Below, piece after piece: positions 52,171-64,000 of a DNA stretch of 64,000 bases. The translations under genes were made by a program, and so were the position numbers. The number at the start of each line of letters is the position of its first letter. The first letter of the stretch is position 1. This DNA is from Octopus vulgaris (taxonomy: Eukaryota). The notes beneath the pieces were generated by a model that had not been told where the DNA came from, did no database searches, and saw nothing but the letters and a program-made list of their open reading frames with translations. Where the stretch lies: NCBI GenBank assembly GCA_951406725.2, contig OX597828.1, positions 30,628,001-30,692,000 on the forward strand, read 5' to 3'.

Positions 52171-52354
52171 CTTATGAATTAAGAATATAATCATTAAAAT
52201 GATTATATCAGTTGCTAGCATATAAAAGGTGACTGTATCGGGAAAATTAATTTTTAAGTATATGATTATAAAATAAAATAACATTTATAATTAAGTGCTC
52301 TAGTACCGTTATAATTAAGTACTAAAAACAAATATATACATATATATATATATT

Positions 52355-52560
52355 CTTTTATTCTTTTACTTGTTTCAGTCATCTGACTGCGGCCATGCTG
52401 GGTCACCGCCTTTATTCGAGCAAATCGCACTCAGGACTTATTCTTTGTAAGCGTAGTACATATTTTATCGAACCGCTTGGTTACGGGGACGTAAACACAA
52501 TAGCATCGGTTGTCAAGTGTCAAATACGGACACACAGACATACACACGCACATACACACG

Positions 52561-52648
<88 letters not shown>

Positions 52649-52740
52649 ACAGGCTTCTTTCAATTTCCGTCTACCAAATCCACTAACAAGGCTTTGTTCG
52701 GTCCGAGGCAATAGTAGAAGATACTTGCCTCAGGTGCATA
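52355..52740 (-). mobile_element. SINE family A, 5'-truncated
   Basis: Reverse-complement homolog of 5455-5775. Confidence 0.82.
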
Positions 52741-52742
52741 TG

Positions 52743-52841
<99 letters not shown>

Positions 52842-52883
52842 ATATGTGTGTGTGTATGTATGTATGTATATGTATATATAAAT

Positions 52884-53130
52884 GCGCCCTTTTAAAGCTT
52901 AGCCAGGCTCATGGGCCCGGTTTCCCGGTTTCAATGGCGTACGTGTTCCCCAGCTGGACCGGTCGCCAGTCTATCGCAGCGTTAATAATTTTTGCCAGCT
53001 GACGGACTGGAGCAACTTGAAATGAAGTGTTTTGCTCAAGAACACAACGCGTCGCCCGGTCAATGATCGAAACCAAAATCTTACGATCATGAGGCTGACA
53101 CCTTACACACTAAGTCACGCACCTCCACGT
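52884..53130 (-). mobile_element. SINE family C with tRNA-like head
   Basis: Minus strand gtgacttagtg (A box), ggtttcgatc (B box), gttgtgttcttgagcaaaacactt, gctgcgatagactggcg. Confidence 0.8.
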
Positions 53131-53357
53131 ACACACACACACACACACACACATATATGCATAAATATAGGTAAGTCCATGGTCATTTTTCGAATATTTA
53201 TTTAAATATTTTTTGTTTTTGGATTTGGTTTGCAAGGTCCTTTATATGAGTTCGTGTGTTGAAGCATATTCTGTTGTGTCTGGGGAGGGTCATTTTCTTT
53301 TTGTGCCTTATAATGTAACACACTCACCGGTAAAATTTCCATTTATTTCTTATTTTC

Positions 53358-53394
53358 CTAAAATTTTCGTGGCTGCTTTCAACCTTTTCAATAG
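53358..53394 (-). ncRNA. minimal hammerhead-like motif, U3-A8 variant
   Basis: CUA-UUGAAAA-GGUUG-AAAG-CAGCC-AC-GAA-AA/UU-U-UAG; very short stems I and III. Confidence 0.5.
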
Positions 53395-53717
53395 TCTTCT
53401 CTCTATTTAGTTATTAATCGCCACTTTGTTGTACATAATGAACATACTTTTAAATATATATAGTAAAAGTCCCATTCGTGAAAATGAAGTAAACATCTTT
53501 ATTTTTTAAAATGTTTGTTCTCTAATTAAGGCTACTACTCTATGCAAACAGACAGACACAGACGCACATATCTATAAATATTAAAAAATGAGGTTGAACC
53601 GTGAGTGGCTCTTTGTCGATTTGTATTACTAGTCTTTAGTTTTCCTTTTATATTCATCACGTTTCTCAGGTTTACAGGTCTTGAGTATGTCCAAATGTAT
53701 ATAACTATATGTTTGAA

Positions 53718-53910
53718 GAGGCGACGAGTTGGCAGACACGCTAGCGCACCGGGCAAAATGCTTAACAATTTTTGACGTCGTTACATTCCAAGTTCAAATT
53801 CCGCTGCGGTAGACTTTTCCTTTCATCCTTTCGGGGTCGAAAAATAAAGAACCAGTTTCGGACTGGAGTCGATGTAATCGACTTAATCCCTTTGTCTGTT
53901 CTTGTTTGTA
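53718..53910 (+). mobile_element. SINE family B
   Basis: ggcgacgagttggcagacacgctagcgcaccgggcaaaatgctt...cctttcatcctttcggggtcga. Confidence 0.82.
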
Positions 53911-54166
53911 GGTCCATGGTAATTTTTTTTAGTTCCATTTATATTTAGTTAAATTCTTATATTACTATTTTCTCTTTAAAATTATATTGTCGACTCACAC
54001 CGTGCTCTCAACATAATCTGACCAAGTATTTCGTGTATTAACATATGACTCCTAACGAAAATAACATCTCAATGCGAGTACAGATTCCATTTGTATTTTC
54101 CTGTTTTTTGAGGGATTTTCTTTGAGGGATATGAATGAGTATGTAAATATCATCTTCCAATTACAC

Positions 54167-54226
<60 letters not shown>

Positions 54227-54268
54227 CATTATATATCAAAAATAAGCAACAAGAATAGATCCGATAAT

Positions 54269-54354
54269 TTAGTACAATAGTTTCATACTACAACATTTTA
54301 TTAAAAGCTATAAATATTACTGCAAATTTAATATGTCGAGTAATCTTCAGCTAA
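54269..54354 (-). ncRNA. type I hammerhead motif, canonical core, long stem II
   Basis: UUAG-CUGAAGA-U-UACUCGACAUAUUAAA...UUUAAUAAAAUGUUGUAGUA-U-GAA-AC-UAUU-GU-A-CUAA. Confidence 0.72.
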
Positions 54355-54539
54355 TTTTATATAGGTTTTCCAATAAAATAAAGTCCTCAAATCAATTAGT
54401 AACATCTTAGGGAAGGTAAATATACAGATACAGATGTAAATAATCACCCCGCATATTTTTATGAGTAATACCATAAAAAATATGCTGGTGCATCTAAATT
54501 AAGTACCATATTCATTTGAATCTAAATTGTTTGCTATAC

Positions 54540-54601
<62 letters not shown>

Positions 54602-54862
54602 TAAAAATGGTCATGAATAGCACATTATTTAATCATAAATTCAAGATTTCAGTAAATAAAGGACACCTCGTCGCACAGGGTGCTTAGAGGATGTTTTCCT
54701 TTATACCAACCATCATATATATATATATGTGTGTGTATAACACACCCACACCCATATACATATACACACTCACACATACATATATATTAGTGTATATGTA
54801 TATGGGTGTGGGTGTGTAAATATGTGTGTAAATATGTGTGTGTATATATGTGTGTGAATGTA

Positions 54863-54901
<39 letters not shown>

Positions 54902-55689
54902 GTACATAAGATTCATGAGAGGATAAAGCTCGAAGAGGTTGGCAAGATGTGATGTAATAACAGAAGGATAAGAGTAGCAGTTAAATGTAATCGTATGCGA
55001 CAAAAACAAATAATAATGAAACAACTGTAAAACCTGTACACGGGTATTTGTACATCGACTAAAAGAATACGGAAAAGAATGGACTTACGTTTAAGGAGAA
55101 AGCTTCCTCAATGTAAAATGAACGAAACTGAAGCGGGAAGGTAAATGCAAACCGAAAGTAAAATTTTACTGAGTAATAGGAAAAGCAAATATGATGCAAT
55201 AGATATGTTAGTTCATGGAATGTTGTAAAAATAGAGTCTTTGCGCATAAAATATATTATTACAGAGTAAATATTTGTAAGGTGGTATAAGATTACGAAAT
55301 AATATCAAATTTAGAAGACTTTAAAAAAACTTTATAAGAGGTGTTGAGAGCGTTGTCCTTCATTTTCAACCTTTGTTTACTACCGTGTGAACATTTCCCA
55401 GACATGTTTCTGGACGATACAGATAATTCACTGCGGAGAGACGATTTGAACAACCTGTATATACGTGCATGACGTTAGAGTGCGAAGGGTAGAGTGACAG
55501 AGAAAGAAAGCGGATGGAGAAGATTTCGGAGTACAAGTGAAGGATTCCAATAATGAAACTACATATTTAAGACAAAGACACGTATGTATATGTATAAATA
55601 CATGTATATATGTTTTATATATATATATATATTTACTAAGTTTGAGCTCAGAGCTGCGGCCATGCTGATGCACCGTCGTTTTGCGCTAC

Positions 55690-56100
55690 ATTGTTATTAC
55701 TAAGAGCCTCCTCTAATATGTGGCACTTGACGAAGAATGGAGTTTGATACAGCTACCGTCATTTGCACCTCTTGCAGTGAGGTAGGCTCATCTGTGACTC
55801 TGGACAGGAAGAGGTCTAGCTTTGATTAAAAAAAACCTACATCTCCTTTGTGCAAGTTCCTCAGACTCTTTGGGAGAATATTAAAAAGCTGTGGGGCATT
55901 GAATCCAAGACTGTTGCAGTAAATGGTTGTGAAGCGTGATGGCATTGCTGCGATCTTTGCTACTATGCAGTGTTGTCCCGTTCTGGCATTGGTGTAGATT
56001 CGAGCGTATCACTGAGGCTTGCGAGGAAGGGATGGCCTCCCTTTGCAAATACTCCAAAGACACAGATATTGTGTTTAGAGCCAGCTAGAGACGAAGATCT
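55690..56100 (-). mobile_element. CR1/L2-like LINE 3' fragment
   Basis: Frameshifted P.LFNILPK.L...LDLFL..V.DEP-type terminus. Confidence 0.5.
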
Positions 56101-56224
56101 CTTGGGGCTATAAAGCTACAGTAACCACCCCCTCCACAATGTGGTTAGCCATGATAAGATGGCTTCTATACTTTACATTATCGAGCGATTACTGTTTCAA
56201 TCTCATTCTGAGATTTAATTATGC

Positions 56225-56306
<82 letters not shown>

Positions 56307-56699
56307 TAGTTACTTAAGTGGAAGCAGTGAAAATTAGTTTGGTATTATCTTTACAACTCAAAGTAAGGTAAATAAACCTAAAATGAGCAACAGGATATCC
56401 AGAGGTGAAGCAGATTGGCCTTCCACCTGCACCTTAGTGAAATTTTAACAATTTACCTCTTACCCTGTTGCAATACTGACACATATCTATCATTACCTTT
56501 ATTTCTATTATATTTTATTTTTTTCTTATTTTACCAATTCATATTTTAAATTCTACACCTTTCTCACCCCGCTTTTTCTACTCCCCGCCTCTCTCTCTCT
56601 CTCTCTCTCACTTTCTAATGTAAAACCCATTTATAGTATCTCCACCATTATATCTATTTTTATTTCATTTATAGATATCTAAAGAATTGTGATGATATG

Positions 56700-57240
<541 letters not shown>

Positions 57241-57259
57241 GCATGTGTATACATACATG

Positions 57260-57290
<31 letters not shown>

Positions 57291-57387
57291 TTTTTTTTTA
57301 TTTGTGATCAATAAAAGAAAGAGCAGTCGGTAAGTTAAACCGGCGAGCCAGTTGTCCCTCTGAGGGACATATTATATATATATATAG

Positions 57388-57451
<64 letters not shown>

Positions 57452-57550
57452 AGGAGATGTCGAACACGAGTGGTGATATATAAAAAAGGAAATGAAGAAA
57501 ATGCTGACAAATAATTGAAGTAATTTAAGTAATTTAATTAGGTGAAAGTT

Positions 57551-57595
57551 CTTTTTACCGGTTGCGCATTTGTTATGCTTATCAAAATATAAAAG
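57551..57595 (-). ncRNA. hammerhead-like motif, U3-A8 and A13C
   Basis: UUGAUAA-GCAU-AACAA-AUGC-GCA-ACC/GGU-A-AAAAG. Confidence 0.6.
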
Positions 57596-58303
57596 AGAGA
57601 TTAGAGTCTGTCTCTTATATGTGAAAAAAAGAGGCTCCAGAGTTGTTTGGGATTTGCTTGGTTTCGCGCCTAAAATTTTGATTGGTCATTATGAAGGGGT
57701 CACGTGAATGTTTGAATGGAAGTTGGTGTTGGGGTAAGAAAAAGGCTCCAGAGAAGTTAAAATTTGGCTAGTGTCCCGCCTAAAATTTCTTATTGGCCAT
57801 AATAAAGAGGTCACGTGAATGTTTAGAATTTTCGAAAATAGTGTTGTTGAAAATTCTTATTGTTCAGGCTGGTCAGTAGACGTCATGTGGATATTTTAAA
57901 TAGCTTTTTAGCGCGTAGTTAGGGAGTGTATTTTCCGCTTGACTGGATAAGTAAGTTCGTTTAGAACAGGGAGAGCTGTATGTATGTATGTGTGTGCGCG
58001 CGCGCGCGTGTGTGTGTTTATATGTATGTTGGGGCGCGCGCGCGTGTATATATGTGTGTGTGTGTGGGTAAAATTTTCAATATTTATAGTTCTGCTGGCC
58101 TTGTGCCTGTATCGGGAAGCAACGTATTTGTGTGAAGTCAATATTTACAGCCATTTCCAAAAAATAGTGTTGGATGTTTTGCACCCGTATTCAATTATGT
58201 GTATGTGTGGAACCATATATTTGTGTGTGTCATGGTGTTAATATCTGGGTAAAGGTGTGTGTAGGGTGTGTGCAGGTGTAAGTGTGTTTGTTGTGGGTTC
58301 GTG

Positions 58304-59960
58304 TTAGGGGCATGTGTTTAGAAGTGGTCTGTATTTATTAATAAGGTGGGATTCCATGGTTATTCGCTGGGTATGAGTGGCATTGTCTTTAAATTTGTAG
58401 AGGGGAAAGATTCTAAAATTGGGATGGAGTTGTGCGGCACAGGTATCAATATGTGCACTAAATGCTATTTTTCTATATTCCTGTATTTTTATTTGGGATC
58501 TGTGGACAGTCATGCGTTGGCGGAGGCTATTTTTTGTTTGGCCTATGTAGTGTTCATTACAGCCCGAGCAAGTTAAGACATATACTAGGTTTTCTGATGC
58601 GCATGTGAAGTTGTGTTTTACTGTGAAACGTTGTCCTTGTTTAAAAAGGAATTCCGGACCTTCTATTAGGTTGATGCATATACCACAGTTGGGTCTATTG
58701 CATTTGTTTACTGTGGGTTTAGTTGTTGTGGTTGGCAGTACTTTGGCATTTGTTAGGATGGTTTTCAATGATTTGGGTTGCCTTTTGCTCTTTATGATTT
58801 CGTGTGTTAGGAGGATTTGGTTCATTCTATGGTCCTTTTGTAATACAGGAATGTTCTGGAGGATGGTGTCAAAAGCTTCATTGTTGAGGGGGTTGTGTGT
58901 AGAGATGTATGGTAGAGTATGGGGTTTCGATGTAACAGGTTTAGGGCGTCTAAGTTCCTGCGTGCTGAGTTTTAGGGCGCGTTGGATCCCATTGTCAATT
59001 AGTGACGTGGGGTAATCCCTGCTTGTTAATGTGCCCTTGAGTTCTTGTAGACGTAAGAGACGGGTGTTTTTATTGGAGACTATAGTGCAAATTCTCTTGG
59101 CTAAGTTGTAGGGAATGTTAATTTTAACGTGTCTAGGGTGGCATGAATTGAAAGGGAGGTATTGCTTGGAGTCTGTGGGCTTGTAGTATATGTCTGTTTC
59201 TATTTTTTTGTTGTGAATTTTAATGAGGATGTCGAGGAAGGGAATTTGTTGAGGGCTGTATTCCATTGTGAAAATAATGTTTGTGTTGAGCCCATTTATA
59301 AGAGTGTGAAATTCGTTAAGCTTCTCGACGGTTTCGGGCCAAAGGATGAAGCAGTCATCAAGATATCTCTTCCAGTTCTTCTCTATGTGTGTGTGGAGAG
59401 TGGTGCCAAATTGGTTAAGAACGTTATTATAGAGGGTGATTTCCAGGTATCCCATGACTAAGTTGGCGTAAGTGGGAGCTGTTTTCGTTCCCATTGCCGT
59501 CCCTGATTTCTGTCTGTAGAATTTGTTGTTGAAGGTGAAGAAATTATTCTCTAAGATGAATTTGAGTCCTTCTAAAATAAATTCCTTTTTGATGCGGTGT
59601 GGGAGTTCGTTGGAGTAATTATCCAGCCAGAATTGGATAGCTTCTATTCCTAGGTTGTGGGGGATGTTGGAGTAAAGATTGACTACATCGAATGTTACTA
59701 GCAGGGTTTGTTCAGCAAGAAGTGTATTGGGGAGGTGGTTGAGCATATCTAGATCGTCCCTTATGTAGCTTTTAATGTGTTTGAGGAACGGCTTGAGAAG
59801 GGTATCAATGAAGTTGCTAAGGCGGTGGGTTTCGCAAGCGGGACCTGCTATTATAGGTCTCAATTTGAGGTCATTTGGTGAGGGGACATTGATTACAGAG
59901 TTTGTGGCTTCCTTGCATGCCTTACTTATTAATTCGCTTTTATGAATTTTGGGAATACCG
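58304..59960 (-). CDS. PLE RT + GIY-YIG polyprotein, 5'-truncated but uninterrupted
   Basis: GIPKIHK, LRPIIAG, FDVVNLYSNIP, GTAMG, RYLDD, YYKPTD, SCHP, CNRPNCGIC, YIGQT; first ~53 aa of ORF 60118 come from the opposite arm. Confidence 0.93.
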
Positions 59961-61588
59961 TTAATAAGTAAGGCATGCAAGGAAGCCACAAACTCTGTAA
60001 TCAATGTCCCCTCACCAAATGACCTCAAATTGAGACCTATAATAGCAGGTCCCGCTTGCGAAACCCACCGCCTTAGCAACTTCATTGATACCCTTCTCAA
60101 GCCGTTCCTCAAACACATTAAAAGCTACATAAGGGACGATCTAGATATGCTCAACCACCTCCCCAATACACTTCTTGCTGAACAAACCCTGCTAGTAACA
60201 TTCGATGTAGTCAATCTTTACTCCAACATCCCCCACAACCTAGGAATAGAAGCTATCCAATTCTGGCTGGATAATTACTCCAACGAACTCCCACACCGCA
60301 TCAAAAAGGAATTTATTTTAGAAGGACTCAAATTCATCTTAGAGAATAATTTCTTCACCTTCAACAACAAATTCTACAGACAGAAATCAGGGACGGCAAT
60401 GGGAACGAAAACAGCTCCCACTTACGCCAACTTAGTCATGGGATACCTGGAAATCACCCTCTATAATAACGTTCTTAACCAATTTGGCACCACTCTCCAC
60501 ACACACATAGAGAAGAACTGGAAGAGATATCTTGATGACTGCTTCATCCTTTGGCCCGAAACCGTCGAGAAGCTTAACGAATTTCACACTCTTATAAATG
60601 GGCTCAACACAAACATTATTTTCACAATGGAATACAGCCCTCAACAAATTCCCTTCCTCGACATCCTCATTAAAATTCACAACAAAAAATAGAAACAGAC
60701 ATATACTACAAGCCCACAGACTCCAAGCAATACCTCCCTTTCAATTCATGCCACCCTAGACACGTTAAAATTAACATTCCCTACAACTTAGCCAAGAGAA
60801 TTTGCACTATAGTCTCCAATAAAAACACCCGTCTCTTACGTCTACAAGAACTCAAGGGCACATTAACAAGCAGGGATTACCCCACGTCACTAATTGACAA
60901 TGGGATCCAACGCGCCCTAAAACTCAGCACGCAGGAACTTAGACGCCCTAAACCTGTTACATCGAAACCCCATACTCTACCATACATCTCTACACACAAC
61001 CCCCTCAACAATGAAGCTTTTGACACCATCCTCCAGAACATTCCTGTATTACAAAAGGACCATAGAATGAACCAAATCCTCCTAACACACGAAATCATAA
61101 AGAGCAAAAGGCAACCCAAATCATTGAAAACCATCCTAACAAATGCCAAAGTACTGCCAACCACAACAACTAAACCCACAGTAAACAAATGCAATAGACC
61201 CAACTGTGGTATATGCATCAACCTAATAGAAGGTCCGGAATTCCTTTTTAAACAAGGACAACGTTTCACAGTAAAACACAACTTCACATGCGCATCAGAA
61301 AACCTAGTATATGTCTTAACTTGCTCGGGCTGTAATGAACACTACATAGGCCAAACAAAAAATAGCCTCCGCCAACGCATGACTGTCCACAGATCCCAAA
61401 TAAAAATACAGGAATATAGAAAAATAGCATTTAGTGCACATATTGATACCTGTGCCGCACAACTCCATCCCAATTTTAGAATCTTTCCCCTCTACAAATT
61501 TAAAGACAATGCCACTCATACCCAGCGAATAACCATGGAATCCCACCTTATTAATAAATACAGACCACTTCTAAACACATGCCCCTAA
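59961..61588 (+). pseudogene. inverted copy of the PLE ORF with a 1-nt frameshift
   Basis: Same protein as the left arm; A6 at ~60684-60689 versus T7 at ~59203-59209 breaks the frame. Confidence 0.9.
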
Positions 61589-62069
61589 CACGAACCCACA
61601 ACAAACACACTTACACCTGCACACACCCTACACACACCTTTACCCAGATATTAACACCATGACACACACAAATATATGGTTCCACACATACACATAATTG
61701 AATACGGGTGCAAAACATCCAACACTATTTTTTGGAAATGGCTGTAAATATTGACTTCACACAAATACGTTGCTTCCCGATACAGGCACAAGGCCAGCAG
61801 AACTATAAATATTGAAAATTTTACCCACACACACACACACATATATACACGCGCGCGCGCCCCAACATACATATAAACACACACACGCGCGCGCGCGCGC
61901 ACACACATACATACATACAGCTCTCCCTGTTCTAAACGAACTTACTTATCCAGTCAAGCGGAAAATACACTCCCTAACTACGCGCTAAAAAGCTATTTAA
62001 AATATCCACATGACGTCTACTGACCAGCCTGAACAATAAGAATTTTCAACAACACTATTTTCGAAAATT

Positions 62070-62275
62070 CTAAACATTCACGTGACCTCTTTATTATGGC
62101 CAATAAGAAATTTTAGGCGGGACACTAGCCAAATTTTAACTTCTCTGGAGCCTTTTTTCTTACCCCAACACCAACTTCCATTCAAACATTCACGTGACCC
62201 CTTCATAATGACCAATCAAAATTTTAGGCGCGAAACCAAGCAAATCCCAAACAACTCTGGAGCCTCTTTTTTTCA
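62070..62275 (+). promoter_or_regulatory. 112-bp tandem unit: CACGTG-N15-CCAAT plus E2F-like site (mirrored at ~57620-57825)
   Basis: CACGTG at 62079 and 62191, each followed by CCAAT and then ttttaggcgggac / ttttaggcgcgaaa. Confidence 0.5.
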
Positions 62276-62301
62276 CATATAAGAGACAGACTCTAATCTC
62301 T

Positions 62302-62346
62302 CTTTTATATTTTGATAAGCATAACAAATGCGCAACCGGTAAAAAG
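62302..62346 (+). ncRNA. hammerhead-like motif, U3-A8 and A13C (second arm)
   Basis: Identical mirror of 57551-57595. Confidence 0.6.
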
Positions 62347-62408
62347 AACTTTCACCTAATTAAATTACTTAAATTACTTCAATTATTTGTCAGCATTTTC
62401 TTCATTTC

Positions 62409-62469
<61 letters not shown>

Positions 62470-62674
62470 TTATATTAATAGAGATAAGATCGTTATTTAA
62501 ATATCGAACTTACCTAGTGGCAAGCATAGAATCTGGAATTATACATTAATTTACTTGTCTTCGCTCCTGGTGCAGTATGGTATCGCTTAGATGGCCTAAA
62601 TTATAATTATATATATATATAATTCTCGTTTAGGGTATCTAAGAGATACCTCCAAGCTTTAAATACCAGCCGAA

Positions 62675-62705
62675 ATTTGACTCTAAAATCACATTAAAAG
62701 TATAG

Positions 62706-62741
<36 letters not shown>

Positions 62742-62768
62742 CTATACTTTTGAATGTGATTTTAGAGT

Positions 62769-62773
<5 letters not shown>
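62675..62773. repeat. palindrome with ~35 bp arms centred on (TA)n
   Basis: atttgactctaaaatcacatt.aaaagtataggtg-(TA)n-cacctatactttt.aatgtgattttagagtcaaat. Confidence 0.88.
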
Positions 62774-62809
<36 letters not shown>

Positions 62810-63515
62810 CTAGCATTAAAGACCCGTCGTTGCCGGGTCCTAGTGCTAGTGTATGTATATATGTGTATATATATATGTGTGCATATTACATCTACATCTA
62901 TATATATATATATCTACATATAAAATACAAAATACAAAGTGATATCTTGATATCGCTAGTGATAACAATACTCAAAATATATAACAGATTGAAATTGTTA
63001 GCCCGTCTCTTGTAATTTCGATCAATTGTATCTTGTCCTCCCACTTGTATAGAAGTGTGGCTACAATTACTATATATAATTCAATTGTTATTATTACTTT
63101 TGTTTTTAAAGTAAAAGTATCTGGCATAAAATAGAGAAACGTTTTTGTTTCACTTTTAACACGTAATACTGAAATAGTGGAGATTATATGATATTGCTAT
63201 GGGCTCCCTCTAGGCAAGAAGTTGAACATTTTCTTTGCCCATGAAACTATATGGAACCTTAGTAAGGCATGTGTAAAATTTGAATGGAATTGGTTGTGTA
63301 GTCCTCAACTTTTAGGTAATCGTAGTGGAGAAGATATGATATTGCTGTGGGCTCACCCAAGACAAAAAGTTAAATTTTTTTCCCCGGACCCTAAGTAAGG
63401 CATGTGTAAAATTTGAATGAAATTGGTTGTGTAGTCCTCAAGTTTTAGGGAAACACACACACAGACAGACAGACAGACAGACACACACACATTCTCAGTT
63501 TTGTATATATAAAGA
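62810..63515 (-). mobile_element. non-autonomous Helitron-like element with internal duplication
   Basis: Minus strand A|TC start, (CTGT)n, hairpin gacccg-gcaacga-cgggtc, CTAG|T end; repeat 63175-63320 vs 63322-63450. Confidence 0.75.
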
Positions 63516-63942
63516 TGTATAAGCATATATGTTTGTCTTAAACATGTACACTTTCATTATTCAAATGCTTCAATTGCACTTTGAAATCTTTTCCAGTGAA
63601 ATCTTTCTTTCACTTTATACTTCCCATTCTGTCTTCACTAAGGGAAAGACCTCACACGTGACCTAATCTTTTTACACATTTTACATTTGAAAGGAGCACT
63701 TTAAGCAAGGTAGGTGTTCTTTCCGGTTTCTGATTCTTACTTCAGTTTTTCCACATTACATGGGTAAAACGTTCCCTAGAAGCGTAAGTCTGTTATAGTT
63801 CTTCTTTTATTCAGCATACAATTCATTGTGCACAGCTTTCTCTGTTATTTAATTATATGCTGTTGTCGCATGCAGTTACATTTATCATAAGCTTTTTCTG
63901 TTGGTACGTGAAAAACTTGCTCATTACACACACACATATACA

Positions 63943-64000
<58 letters not shown>

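Larger units (their letters stand above)
57446..62413. mobile_element. young PLE forming a ~4.9 kb head-to-head palindrome
   Basis: Arms ~57484-59932 and 59961-62413 are reverse complements; 28-nt spacer; ~35-nt tail on the left arm only; (TA)n on both flanks. Confidence 0.95.

Noticed and set aside
58346-61546. Antisense ORFs within the palindrome (76-136 aa)
   Set aside because: Shadow frames of the RT-EN ORF, duplicated by the symmetry

Overview
AT-rich, repeat-saturated eukaryotic DNA with no recognisable host gene. The tRNA-head SINE families resemble those of octopus/coleoid cephalopods (inference). Most short ORFs in the track are microsatellite artefacts. The window is dominated by Penelope-like retroelements (PLEs; RT + GIY-YIG), including a young ~4.9 kb head-to-head palindrome (57446-62413) and several smaller fold-back structures. 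It also holds SINEs, two near full-length decayed mariners, Tc1/mariner fragments, RTE- and R4/Dong-like LINE remnants, two non-autonomous Helitron-like elements and MITE-like hairpins. The most striking signal is about 16 minimal type I hammerhead-ribozyme-like motifs, read by eye, in PLE 3' ends/pseudo-LTR remnants next to (TA)n tracts. Together they show all four Watson-Crick combinations at core positions 3-8, plus A9U and A13C variants. Boundaries of decayed elements are approximate; no alignment, folding or database search was run.
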